Positions 1-12,539 of a stretch of 25,236 nucleotides of DNA are shown in pieces. The DNA comes from Macrostomum lignano (Eukaryota): positions 1 through 25,236 of the forward strand of contig NIVC01005135.1 in NCBI GenBank assembly GCA_002269645.1, in the 5' to 3' direction. Position 1 is the first letter of the stretch. Each line of letters starts with the position of its first letter. The position numbers and the translations under genes were made by a program. The notes beneath the pieces were generated by a model that saw only the letters and a program-made list of their open reading frames with translations, did not search any database and was not told where the DNA came from.

Positions 1-1368
1 CTTGCTCGGAGATGCACGCTCGTATCTTAAATTGAAGCAGATATTTAAAGTTCTGACAGAATATTCACTGCGTTTGATATTAGTATTGCTTGCTTGTCTT
101 TTTTATACTGCCGTCTCAGGGGCGGGGCCTACGTTTGCCTGCGGCTCAATATGGGGCCGTTAATAAAAGTGCTTTTTTTCAGGAGCTCTGTCGTTCTTTC
201 TCTCTTTCTGGCTTCTTCCTATAACCGGCTGGATTGGACAGGAAAGGGGCGAGTGCTGGCGCATATACAGTGAGAACAGTGAGAACCGCAAGCCATACAG
301 AAACAAGCAAGAGCTGCACTGCAAGATAAAGCGCCCCCTGGCGTGCAGCTTCTAAATTCGACTGGAGAGGGCTAGAAAGAGAGAGACGAAAGACGAAAGA
401 AACCCAACCTCAAGTAAATCTTCTGGGGCCAGAAATCGAGATTCCGGCCGCGCTCTCGAGTCCCACCCACAGCTCACTGCGAAATCTTCATTCAATCTCA
501 ATAGAACTTTGCTCCGGGGCAGTTTCTCAGAACCCACACCCATGCCAACTCGGAAAAACAATGAGCCTCAACAATGCGCAGACTGAGAGCAGTGGGGTTG
601 GGTGGAAATTTCAATAGAAAAGAAAGCATTGGCGACAGTCCCGAAAACTAAAGGAGGGAATTGTAGAGCAGAACCTGACCAAATACGGTTGTAGCTCACT
701 TTGAAAGCAGCAAAAGATGTAGAAGAAAGATATCGACAAGAAAAGCATAGCTTTACCTTTTTAAGCTAACAACTCTATATATCTTTTCATCAAAGCATGG
801 CCAGTTTTTCCAAGCACAGCTCGAAAATTGAGTACATTGCTAGAAAATTTTCTTTTATATAGTTCTAATGCTGGTCACGTCACATCTAACGCAAGTCGAC
901 TCTGTATAACTGAGAACTTAAAGCAATAGAGACGGGTGTGAGTTATAAATCTAAAACCCCCGTGCTACCTAACATAAGTTCTATACTCGCACTCGAGAAC
1001 ACGAGTTCGGGCCGGAGACATGATTACCGACCGCTCCAAGTGAACTGGAGCAGCCAGCCTACCTGTCTGCCTTTCGAGCCACAGCTTAGGGCATGCAGTG
1101 CATGCACTCAGGTGCAAGAGACTTGCTCAAAAAAGATGTTTCGTAAAATTTTCTATACCTTTTAGCCCTCGTAGGTTCAGACTATAATAATACAATCCAA
1201 TTAAGGAAACCTGTATTCATGCCTGTGCGCCGAGTCTTAGGACCCACGTGACGCAGAGCTTTATTTGATTTTACAATAAAATTAAAAATAGACCTGGCAA
1301 AGCAGTATGCTGGCTGCTGCGACGCTTGTTTATGCCAGTTTATAAGACGACACGAAACAAAGTGGAAA

Positions 1369-2862
1369 GGAGGGCGTAGAGGAGAGTGAAGAGTAGAAAA
1401 GAGATCAGAGAGAAGGGTGGAGTGGAGAAGAGAGAAGAGGGCGGAGGAGGGGAGACAGCGGAGGAGGGGAGAGGGCAGAGAGGAGAGGAGGGGGCAGAGA
1501 AGAGGGGAGAGGAGAGGAGAGGAGGAGAGGGCAGAGAGAAGGAAAGAGGAGAGGAGAGGAGGAGAGGGCAGAGAGGAGAGGAGACGGCAGAGAGGAGGGG
1601 AGAGGAGAGGAGAGGAGGAGAGGGTAGAGAGGAGAGGAGAGGGCAGAGAGGAGAGGAGAGGGCAAAGAGGAGAGGAGAGGGCAGAGAGGAAATGAGAGGG
1701 CAGAGAGGAGGGGAGAGGGCAGAGAGCAGAGGGCAGAGAGGAAATGAGAGGGCAGAGAGGAGAGGAGAGGTCAGAGGAAGGGAGATGCCAGAGAGGAGAG
1801 AGAGGAGGGGGCAGAGAGGAGGGGAGAGGAGAGTAGAGGAGGAGAGGGCAGAGAGGAGAGGAGAGGAGAGGAGGAGGGGCAGAGAGGAGGGGAGAGGAGA
1901 GGAGAGGAGGAGGGGCAGAGAGGAGAGGAGAGGAGAGGAGGAGGGGCAGAGAGGAGGGGAGAGGAGAGTAGAGGAGGAGGGGCAGAGAGGAGAGGAGAGG
2001 GCAGAGAGGAAATGAGAGGGCAGAGAGGAGGGGAGAGGGCAGAGAGCAGAGGGCAGAGAGGAAATGAGAGGGCAGAGAGGAGAGGAGAGGTCAGAGGAAG
2101 GGAGATGCCAGAGAGGAGAGAGAGGAGGGGCAGAGAGGAGGGGAGAGGAGAGTAGAGGAGGAGAGGGCAGAGAGGAGAGGAGAGGAGAGGAGGAGGGGGC
2201 AGAGAGGAGGGGAGAGGAGAGTAGAGGAGGAGAGGGCAGAGAGGAGAGGAGAGGAGAGGAGGAGGGGGCAGAGAGGAGGGGAGAGGAGAGTAGAGGAGGA
2301 GGGGGCAGAGAGGAGAGGAGAGGGCAGAGAGGAAATGAGAGGGCAGAGAGGAGGGGAGAGGGCAGAGAGCAGAGGGCAGAGAGGAAATGAGAGGGCAGAG
2401 AGGAGGGAGAGGGCAGAGAGGAGGGAGAGGGCAGAGAGGAGGGGAGAGGGCAGAGAGGAGAGGAGAGGTCAGAGGAAGGGAGATGCCAGAGAGGAGAGAG
2501 AGGAGGGGGCAGAGAGGAGGGGAGAGGAGAGTAGAGGAGGAGAGGGCAGAGAGGAGGGGAGAGGGCAGAGAGGAGGGGAGAGGGCAGAGAGGAGAGGAGA
2601 GGTCAGAGGAAGGGAGATGCCAGAGAGGAGAGAGAGGAGGGGGCAGAGAGGAGGGGAGAGGAGAGTAGAGGAGGAGAGGGCAGAGAGGAGAGGAGAGGTC
2701 AGAGGAAGGGAGATGCCAGAGAGGAGAGGAGGGGGAGAGAGGAGAGGAGAGTAGAGGAGGAGAGGGCAGAGAGGAGAGGAGAGGAGAGGAGGAGGGGGCA
2801 GAGAGGAGAGGAGAGGAAAGGACGGAGAGAAGAGGAGAGGAAAGGACGGAGAGAAGAGGGAA
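1369..2862. repeat. Purine-rich (GA) complex micro/minisatellite, about 1.5 kb
   Basis: The plus strand is almost entirely G/A, built from GAGAG, GGAGA and AGGGCAGAGAGG words. The marker GGTCAGAGGAAGGGAGATGCC recurs at 1769, 2089, 2467, 2601 and 2697. Confidence 0.97.
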
Positions 2863-3439
2863 AATCCATTTGATTGGAAACGTTGGGTAGTTTTTCTAAT
2901 TGACTTTTCTCACAATGAGCGAGCATGAGGAGAAACGAAAAGCTCGAATTAGGAAGGCGAACAAGAAAGTTTTTTTGTGCTCACCAATTGGGACAGTCAG
3001 ATGCCAGATGTGAAATTGTGTTTCAAGGAAAAAAGTGTCCTCAGCAGCTCAACTCAGCCTCTCGGCCTCAGGCTCTAGCAGTGTTGGCATTTGCCGTGCT
3101 TCAGAGTTGAGAGTCGCATGAACCAAATGAATGAAGCCTGAATCGAATTACCTCAATGGCAAATATCGACTGCCAGGGACTCAGGAAGTTGGGAAGAGAG
3201 AGACAGAGCTCAATAGATGGACCTCATGGAGTCAGGGGTTTATTTTGACCCGAAAAAAAGCTTTAACCAAACGAAACATAAGATTCTTTTTCTACACTGT
3301 TTCCAAATTCACTTCTTCCTTCCGTGGTTGGCCTAAGAATAAGAATTCGCGAATGGGGGTCTAAAAAACCAATAGTAACCTAATTACTGGACCGGCTTGC
3401 TTTGGGCCGCTTTTTACTCCTAGATACGGGATGTTATTC

Positions 3440-4480
3440 AGGGTAGCAGCGCTCACTGATTAAGAATCAGGGAGGGTAAGGGTAGCGGTACTCACTGAAG
3501 GATCAGGGAGGGTAGCGGGATGCTCATTGCTCACAGAAGGATCAGGGAGGGTAGCGGCGATGCTCATTGCTCACAGAAGGATCAGGGAGGGTAGGGGCGA
3601 TGCTCATTGCTCACAGAAGGATCAGGGAGGGTAGGGGCGATGCTCATTGCTCACAGAAGGATCAGGGAGGGTAGGGGCGATGCTCATTGCTCACAGAAGG
3701 ATCAGGGAGGGTAGGGGCGATGCTCATTGCTCACAGAAGGATCAGGGAGGGTAGCGGCGATTCTCATTGCTCACTGAAGGATCAGGGAGGGTAGCGGCGA
3801 TGCTCACAGAAGGATCAGGGAGGGTAAAGAGTTGTGGTGCTCACTGAAGGATCAGGGAGGGTAACGGCGATGCTCACAGAAGGATCAGCCGATCAGGGAG
3901 GGTAGCGGCGATGCTCACAGAAGGATCAGCCGATCAGGGAGGGTAGCGGCGATGCTCACAGAAGGATCAGGGAGGGTACGGGCGATGCTCACAAAAGGAT
4001 CAGGGAGGGTAAAGGGTTATGGTACTCACTGAAGGATCAGGGAGGGTAGCGGCGATGCTCATTGCTCACAGAAGGATCAGGGAGGGTAGCGGCGATGCTC
4101 ATTGCTCACAGAAGGATCAGGGAGGGTAGCGGCGATGCTCATTGCTCACAGAAGGATCAGGGAGGGTAGCGGCGATGCTCATTGCTCACAGAAGGATCAG
4201 GGAGGGTAGCGGCGATGCTCATTGCTCACAGAAGGATCAGGGAGGGTAGCGGCGATGCTCACAGAAGGATCAGGGAGGGTAAAGGGTTGTGGTGCTCACT
4301 GAAGGATCAGAGAGGGTAACGGCGATGCTCACAGAAGGATCAGCCGATCAGGGAGGGTAGCGGCGATGCTCACAGAAGGATCAGCCGATCAGGGAGGGTA
4401 GCGGCGATGCTCACAGAAGGATCAGGGAGGGTAGCGGCACTCACTGAAGGATAAGGGAGGGTAGCAGCACTCACTGAAGC
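3440..4480. repeat. Minisatellite, main unit 40 bp with 30-41 bp variants, about 28 units
   Basis: Unit GATGCTCATTGCTCACAGAAGGATCAGGGAGGGTAGCGGC; the period is 40 at 3541/3581. Variants lack TTGCTCA or carry an extra CAGCCGAT. Confidence 0.96.
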
Positions 4481-5981
4481 CTAAAGGAACCGAGCCTAGG
4501 GCAAAAAATGTTCTACAAATGAATAACAATTACACTTACCCAGCAGTAAAATCAGTTCAAGAAATGAACTGTATTTATTTTATTGCAAGACTCAAAGCTG
4601 TCGGACGTAGCAAACAGAAAATCAAATAACTCGGTGTAATTATAGTTAGTCGTTAGTGAACGATGAGGACAAAGAACCATAAGGGGGACCGGGGTTGCAA
4701 GAAAACACACTCTTCCTCTTCTTTAATCCCAAATTCTCTTTGTCTGGAAATGACTGGAGAACTATGTGTAAGGATATCAAATATTCCTTAATCTAGACTA
4801 AGACTAGATAGATCATTTCAGATTTGGTTATATAGATTCTAAATAAACTGGACTGGAGAGCAATAAAATTCAATCCGCCTATCTATCAATATACTTAATA
4901 TATTGAACTTCCTATTTTTTAGCTGCAATTTGAGTTTGGTTGGTGGTTGGTTTGGTTCGCTTCGTAGTGACTAGTGTGTCAAAGACAAGTCGAGGAAGAT
5001 CGCTTAATGGTAATGGCTTGGGTAGGTAGGGTATCTGAACTGAGGGGGGATTGGTTTGTCGTCTGTTTAGGGTTGGTGAAATGAACGGGACTTAGGGGTC
5101 GGGAGGGGTGGTTGGCTGTGTACACTTTGAGAGCTGAGCGGATTGGGCCTATGCGAGGGAATTACGGAACAGTCAAGTCAGACCGACAGACAAGGGGGAG
5201 GGACGCGAGGGTGGAAAAGAGGAGAAAGAGGGGCGATTTTGGTGCGTGAGTCACGCCGCCACCTCTTCTTAGCTGAACTGAATTGCCCCTGGTTTTTTTA
5301 AAAGAAGGGGGGTGGTTTTCCCAACGCTGCCGCCTCTCTTTGTGCTTTGTGTGCAGCGCATAATGATAACCCCGCGTCCCCGCCTCGTAATCTATTTTCA
5401 CTCCAACTCCTACGCATATAAGATAAGATAAGATCAAACTGATTCTATTTTTAATTGGTTTAGAAGCGGTTAAACTATGTTGTTAAAAGTTATACCAATC
5501 ATTTTTTTATTGGAAATATTTAGTACAAACGAGGTCATAAAAAGCTATAAAATTAATTAAGGGCGCTTGATACTTTGATACTTGATACTTGATAACTTAC
5601 GTCTCATACGTCGTAAGCAAGCAAGCTCATAATAAGTTATTGATAATTTAATTGCTTAGGGGGGGGGGGTTTAATATTCACAGTCTCAGAGGCACTCCAC
5701 TCCATGCACTCCATCCAATTTTACACTGTCTCGCGGACTGAGAACCTACATGTAGATGTTTATCCAAAAATTTTGTTGATTGCAATATCGATAAATTAAG
5801 CACAATGAATACCATCGTAAATGCAAATCTAAAACCTTCCTAAAAGTTAGTTTTCATTCGCCAATGCACTTTTATTTGTCCTGCAAGTTCGACAAGTTTT
5901 TTTAATATAAAGCCTGCACTGGACCGCCAGAAGGAGATTAAGAAATTTGAGTCAGGGACCAGGGGCGCAGCCAGGATTATT

Positions 5982-6241
5982 TATACTCAGCAACATTAAA
6001 AAGTCGCCACCCCCTTTGCCCCCCAGTGAGCAGACAGTGTATTTCGACCAGCGTCTATCACCTGGCCAACAATTAAAAATGCTTGAAAAATCCAATCTTT
6101 GCCCTCCGCTCTTCCCAATCCCTCATCACCCAGCCCAACTCTGCGTCGCGTTGCGCAAGTTGCGTCACTCAAAAGTCAATACTGAGCTGGAATTTACTGC
6201 GCACTCTCAAAGGTGGCGACTTTTTAATGTTGTTGAGTATA
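5982..6241. mobile_element. MITE, about 256 bp, with 30-bp terminal inverted repeats and TA flanks (Tc1/mariner-type non-autonomous element)
   Basis: 5982-6011 TATACTCAGCAACATTAAAAAGTCGCCACC is the reverse complement of 6212-6241 GGTGGCGACTTTTTAATGTTGTTGAGTATA with one mismatch. There is TA at both ends and no recognisable coding content. Confidence 0.8.
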
Positions 6242-6270
6242 GTAGGGGGCGTTATCGTGAGGAAGAGAAG

Positions 6271-7050
6271 ACCAAAGGGCGCCAGCACCAAGGGGCGCCA
6301 GCACCAAGGGGCGCCAGCACCAAGGGGCGCCAGCACCAAGGGGCGCCAGCACCAAGGGGCGCCAGCACCAAGGGGCGCCAGCACCAAGGGGCGCCAGCAC
6401 CAAGGGGCGCCAGCACCAAGGGGCGCCAGCACCAAGGGCGCCAGCACCAAGGGGCGCCAGCACCAAGGGGCGCCAGCACCAAGGGGCGCCAGCACCAAGG
6501 GGCGCCAGCACCAAGGGGCGCCAGCACCAAGGGGCGCCAGCACCAAGGGCGCCAGCACCAAGGGGCGCCAGCACCAAGGGGCGCCAGCACCAAGGGGCGC
6601 CAGCACCAAGGGGCGCCAGCACCAAGGGGCGCCAGCACCAAGGGGCGCCAGCACCAAGGGGCGCCAGCACCAAGGGGCGCCAGCACCAAGGGGCCAGCAC
6701 CAAGGGGCGCCAGCACCAAGGGGCGCCAGCACCAAGGGGCGCCAGCACCAAGGGGCGCCAGCACCAAGGGGCGCCAGCACCAAGGGGCGCCAGCACCAAG
6801 GGGCGCCAGCACCAAGGGGCGCCAGCACCAAGGGGCGCCAGCACCAAGGGGCGCCAGCACCAAGGGGCGCCAGCACCAAGGGGCGCCAGCACCAAGGGGC
6901 GCCAGCACCAAGGGGCGCCAGCACCAAGGGGCGCCAGCACCAAGGGGCGCCAGCACCAAGGGGCGCCAGCACCAAGGGGCGCCAGCACCAAGGGGCGCCA
7001 GCACCAAGGGGCGCCAGCACCAAGGGGCGCCAGCACCAAGGGGCGCCAGC
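6271..7050. repeat. Near-perfect 16-bp tandem repeat, about 48 copies
   Basis: Unit ACCAAGGGGCGCCAGC with only a few 14-15 bp deletion variants. It has no stop codon in any frame, which explains the five overlapping ORFs. Confidence 0.98.
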
Positions 7051-7725
7051 AGTAGTTGTTGAGAAGCTACTAAAGTTGGGAACAAAAAAGGCACCGAATC
7101 CACTCAGAAAATGTTCGATCGTATAAAAAACTGCTGAAGTTAATTTACATAGTGTATAGTTGAGAAAAACTATTTTATGCACAATACATGAATATAAAAT
7201 GCTAGGTATAGAACCGCATACTCGTACACTTGCATCAATTATAATTCCATCCATTGTGGGGCAGCACAGAAATTGAGGGTTCTGCACTTCTCTAGAGCAA
7301 GTATAGTGCTGTATAGCCACTAGCCATATAAGCGAGTATGATAATAGATTGGAGTCAACTCCCAAGCCTCCGCGAAGGCTAACCAGCAGCACCACTCTGC
7401 TGCACGACTGACTGACTGATTTTGACAGCAGCAGGGCCTGAGCCAAATCTATTAAGTTGAGAGATTGTTGTTGGCGTACAGCAACGAGAGAGGGAGAAGA
7501 CGAGGAGTTAGGTGATGGGGGGAGGCAGAGGGGATATTTGAGAAGCAGCTTTCAGTCCGTTGAGGATTTTATGAGAGTTATTATATAATAAAATTCCATA
7601 ACTCTCGCATAATATAAGATTATAACCAATATGTACTTATACCGACACTTGTAAGTGTGCATTAATAATTCATGTCAAGAGGGGTGAGATTCTGCAGAAA
7701 AACTGACTGAAGATTATAAAAAAAT

Positions 7726-10700
7726 GAGTTTCTCATCTGACTGCAACCTCTCAGAGGGTGAGATTCTCATCTGACTGCAACCTCTCAGAGGGTGAGATTC
7801 TCAGCTGACTGCAACCTCTCAGAGTGTGAGATTCTCATCTGACTGCAACCTCTCAGAGGGTGAGATTCTCATCTGACTGCAACCTCTCAGAGGGTGAGAT
7901 TCTCATCTGACTGCAACCTCTCAGAGGGTGAGATTCTCAGCTGACTGCAACCTCTCAGAGGGTGAGATTCTCATCTGACTGCAACCTCTAAGAGGGTGAG
8001 ATTCTCATCTGACTGCAACCTCTCAGAGGGTGAGATTCTCAGCTGACTGCAACCTCTCAGAGGGTGAGATTCTCATCTGACTGCAACCTCTCAGAGGGTG
8101 AGATTCTCATCTGACTGCAACCTCTCAGAGGGTGAGATTCTCATCTGACTGCAACCTCTCAGAGGGTGAGATTCTCAGCTGACTGCAACCTCTCAGAGGG
8201 TGAGATTCTCATCTGACTGCAACCTCTCAGAGGGTGAGATTCTCATCTGACTGCAACCTCTCAGAGGGTGAGATTCTCATCTGACTGCAACCTCTCAGAG
8301 GGTGAGATTCTCAGCTGACTGCAACCTCTCAGAGGGTGAGATTCTCAGCTGACTGCAACCTCTCAGAGGGTGAGTTTCTCATCTGACTGCAACCTCTCAG
8401 AGGGTGAGATTCTCAGCTGACTGCAACCTCTCAGAGGGTGAGATTCTCAGCTGACTGCAACCTCCCAGAGGGTGAGATTCTCAGCTGACTGCAATCTCTC
8501 AGAGTGTGAGATTCTCAGCTGACTGCAACCTCTCAGAGGGTGAGATTCTCAGCTGACTGCAACCTCTCAGAGGGTGAGATTCTCATCTGACTGCAACCTC
8601 TCAGAGGGTGAGATTCTCATCTGACTGCAACCTCTCAGAGGGTGAGATTCTCAGCTGACTGCAGTCTCTCAGAGGGTGAGTTTCTCATCTGACTGCAATC
8701 TCTCAGAGGGTGAGATTCTCAGCTGACTGCAACCTCTCAGAGGGTGAGATTCTCAGCTGACTGCAATCTCTCAGAGGGTGAGATTCTCAGCTGACTGCAA
8801 TCTCTCAGAGGGTGAGATTCTCAGCTGACTGCAACCTCCCAGAGGGTGAGATTCTCAGCTGACTGCAACCTCTCAGAGGGTGAGATTCTCAGCTGACTGC
8901 AACCTCCCAGAGGGTGAGATTCTCAGCTGACTGCAATCTCTCAGAGGGTGAGATTCTCAGCTGACTGCAGTCTCTCAGAGGGTGAGATTCTCAGCTGACT
9001 GCAATCTCTCAGAGGGTGAGATTCTCAGCTGACTGCAATCTCTCAGAGGGTGAGATTCTCAGCTGACTGCAACCTCTCAGAGGGTGAGATTCTCAGCTGA
9101 CTGCAACCTCCCAGAGGGTGAGATTCTCAGCTGACTGCAACCTCCCAGAGGGTGAGATTCTCAGCTGACTGCAATCTCTCAGAGGGTGAGATTCTCAGCT
9201 GACTGCAACCTCCCAGAGGGTGAGATTCTCAGCTGACTGAAACTCTCAGAGGGTGAGATTCTCAGCTGACTGCAATCTCTCAGAGGGTGAGATTCTCATC
9301 TGACTGCAACCTCTCAGAGGGTGAGATTCTCAGCTGACTGCAATCTCTCAGAGGGTGAGATTCTCAGCTGACTGCAATCTCTCAGAGGGTGAGATTCTCA
9401 GCTGACTGCAACCTCCCAGAGGGTGAGATTCTCAGCTGACTGCAATCTCTCAGAGGGTGAGATTCTCAGCTGACTGCAATCTCTCAGAGGGTGAGATTCT
9501 CAGCTGACTGCAACCTCTCAGAGGGTGAGATTCTCAGCTGACTGCAATCTCTCAGAGGGTGAGATTCTCAGCTGACTGCAATCTCTCAGAGGGTGAGATT
9601 CTCAGCTGACTGCAACCTCCCAGAGGGTGAGTTTCTCATCTGACTGCAACCTCTCAGAGGGTGAGATTCTCAGCTGACTGCAACCTCCCAGAGGGTGAGT
9701 TTCTCATCTGACTGCAACCTCTCAGAGGGTGAGATTCTCAGCTGACTGCAACCTCCCAGAGGGTGAGATTCTCAGCTGACTGCAACCTCCCAGAGGGTGA
9801 GATTCTCAGCTGACTGCAACCTCTCAGAGGGTGAGATTCTCAGCTGACTGCAACCTCCCAGAGGGTGAGATTCTCAGCTGACTGCAACCTCCCAGAGGGT
9901 GAGATTCTCAGCTGACTGCAACCTCTCAGAGGGTGAGATTCTCAGCTGACTGCAATCTCTCAGAGGGTGAGATTCTCAGCTGACTGCAATCTCTCAGAGG
10001 GTGAGATTCTCAGCTGACTGCAACCTCCCAGAGGGTGAGATTCTCAGCTGACTGCAACCTCCCAGAGGGTGAGATTCTCAGCTGACTGCAATCTCTCAGA
10101 GGGTGAGATTCTCAGCTGACTGCAATCTCTCAGAGTGTGAGATTCTCAGCTGACTGTAATCTCTCAGAAGGTGAGATTCTCAGCTGACTGTAATCTCTCA
10201 GAGGGTGAGATTCTCATCTGACTGTAATCTCTCAGAGGGTGAGATTCTCAGCTGACTGCAACCTCCCAGAGGGTGAGATTCTCAGCTGACTGCAACCTCC
10301 CAGAGGGTGAGATTCTCAGCTGACTGCAACCTCCCAGAGGGTGAGATTCTCAGCTGACTGCAATCTCTCAGAGGGTGAGATTCTCAGCTGACTGCAACCT
10401 CCCAGAGGGTGAGATTCTCAGCTGACTGCAACCTCTCAGAGGGTGAGATTCTCAGCTGACTGCAGTCTCTCAGAGGGTGAGATTCTCAGCTGACTGCAAC
10501 CTCTCAGAGGGTGAGATTCTCATCTGACTGCAACCTCTCAGAGGGTGAGATTCTCAGCTGACTGCAACCTCTCAGAGGGTGAGATTCTCAGCTGACTGCA
10601 GTCTCTCAGAGGGTGAGATTCTCAGCTGACTGCAATCTCTCAGAGGGTGAGATTCTCAGCTGACTGCAATCTCTCAGAGTGTGAGATTCTCAGCTGACTG

Positions 10701-11026
10701 TAATCTCTCAGAAGGTGAGATTCTCAGCTGACTGTAATCTCTCAGAGTGTGAGATTCTCATCTGACTGTAATCTCTCAGAGGGTGAGATTCTCATCTGAC
10801 TGTAATCTCTCAGAGGGTGAGATTCTCAGCTGACTGTGAGAGTGTGGGATCTCAGCTGACTGCAGTCTCTCAAAAGTGTGAGATTCTCAGCTGACTGTAA
10901 TATCTCAGAGGGTGGAGATTCTCAGCTGACTGTGAGAGTGTGAGATTATCAGCTCAGAGTGTGGGATCTCAGCTGACTGCAGTCTCTCAAAAGTTTGAGA
11001 TTCTTAGCTGACTGCAGTCTCTCAAA
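7726..11026. repeat. 34-bp minisatellite, about 95 copies, 3.3 kb
   Basis: Unit GAGGGTGAGATTCTCA(G/T)CTGACTGCAA(C/T)CTC(T/C)CA; the period is 34 at 7741/7775. The ends are degenerate and there are no unique spacers. Confidence 0.98.
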
Positions 11027-12539
11027 GTAATATTTCTATATAAAATAATAATATATAAAGTGCCGTATAGGGGTATTCTACACGGACTACTTAATTGTCG
11101 TTTATATAGGACGCAACACGCACGATTCGTGTAATTTTTTTGGAGGCTGAATTTCCCTTAGCGTATACTATAGGCCTAGCTTTAGCAGGGCATTGAAATG
11201 TTTTTATCATAGAATGCAGATCTTTTTAGTTTTTAGAGTCTTTTTTGTTTTTGTCCCATTTTTTTGTCAATACATAATTTCCGTCTAGCTTAGTACTGTT
11301 TAGAAATGTATCGTTTATACATAGCTAGCCTAACCTAATTTAAATTAGAATTTGTATGTAGACCATAGGAGGCATAGGCCATCTATGCAAGTATACTTTT
11401 TGGAAATTTATCAACATTTGCTAGTCAGGGCCCACTGCTACTACCCTGGCGATGATAAAATATAATGAAGCTATTTGTTATTACAGCATAGGGGCCTGCA
11501 GTATTTCATTATTAAACTAGTAGGCATAGGCCTATACCTACATTATCTAGGTATAGGGCCTAGCTAACTATTGTATATATCATTACCATTGGCATTAGTT
11601 GGTATTCTTGGTAAACCTATAAGCTATCTCTTCTATCTATTATTGACTATCTATAAATAGTATTGGATTGTTTTGAGTTAAATTTTTTTTAGAAATTTTA
11701 AATAATTTGGATTATCTAATCTATACTTTAATAAGATTTAATAAGACTTTAATAAGACTATACTTTAGGGTATAGCCAGCTAGGCTTAGACTAAGATAAT
11801 TTATAAAATATAGGCCTATTAATATAAGTATTTAACTTTAAGTATTCTATTCTTATTAATCATTTTGTGCTACAAATGCCGCACGTCGAGACTCGAAACT
11901 CACCAGAAAAAGTTAGTTTTCGTCGCTTGAAACTAATTTCTAAGGTTTCTGCATCGTTTTAATCATGCATTACATATGTTACATGAACAAGGACTAAATT
12001 ATTTGTATCATGTGAAAAAACTACACTTCGGCGAGTTTCTGGAGTCGAGCTACATAAAATTGAATATTCAGCCTCCAATAAAATTTGCACGTTTTGCGCG
12101 TGTCGCGTCCTTCTACTTAAGTAGTCCGTGGTATTCTAATGAGACAACAAACAAAATGGAGCACCTACTGCATCCAGGGGTTTCTATATTTCTAATTAAA
12201 CCATCAGTGTATCACGTTTGTAATCCTTTGGCAACGCAATAAGAGGGAATGTTACAAAGAGAAACAAGTAAACTGAGTTTCTTTGAGCTGTGGTTATAAT
12301 GTATATTGTACATATGTATACTAGCAATGCTTATCGGTGTCATTGAACACCAATATGTAATCGTATATATCCAGGCATTACCAAAGTGTGGCTAGAGTAT
12401 CGCACAAGTGGGGGATGTGCGAGGTTTGACTCAATTTGAAGGATGCAGAAGCAAAGAAAGCAAACTGGGCATTGATTATGGAATAATAAACACAACCCTT
12501 GAACCTTCCCCGAGACTCCCCATAACCCGCTCTGACCTT

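Noticed and set aside
352-1165. Short ORFs 352..561 and 938..1165, and likewise those at 2925-3364, 5162-5437, 11976-12242, 16318-17376 and 20528-20949
   Set aside because: No recognisable homology, no coherent splice structure and no exon-like codon bias.
1386-2926. E/R/G-rich and S/P/L-rich ORFs
   Set aside because: They are translations of the GA tract, which lacks stops because of base composition, and are open in several frames at once.
5947-7446. Five overlapping 270-425 aa ORFs on both strands
   Set aside because: The 16-bp unit has no stop in any frame. Each ORF is the same cyclic 16-aa peptide with no recognisable domain.
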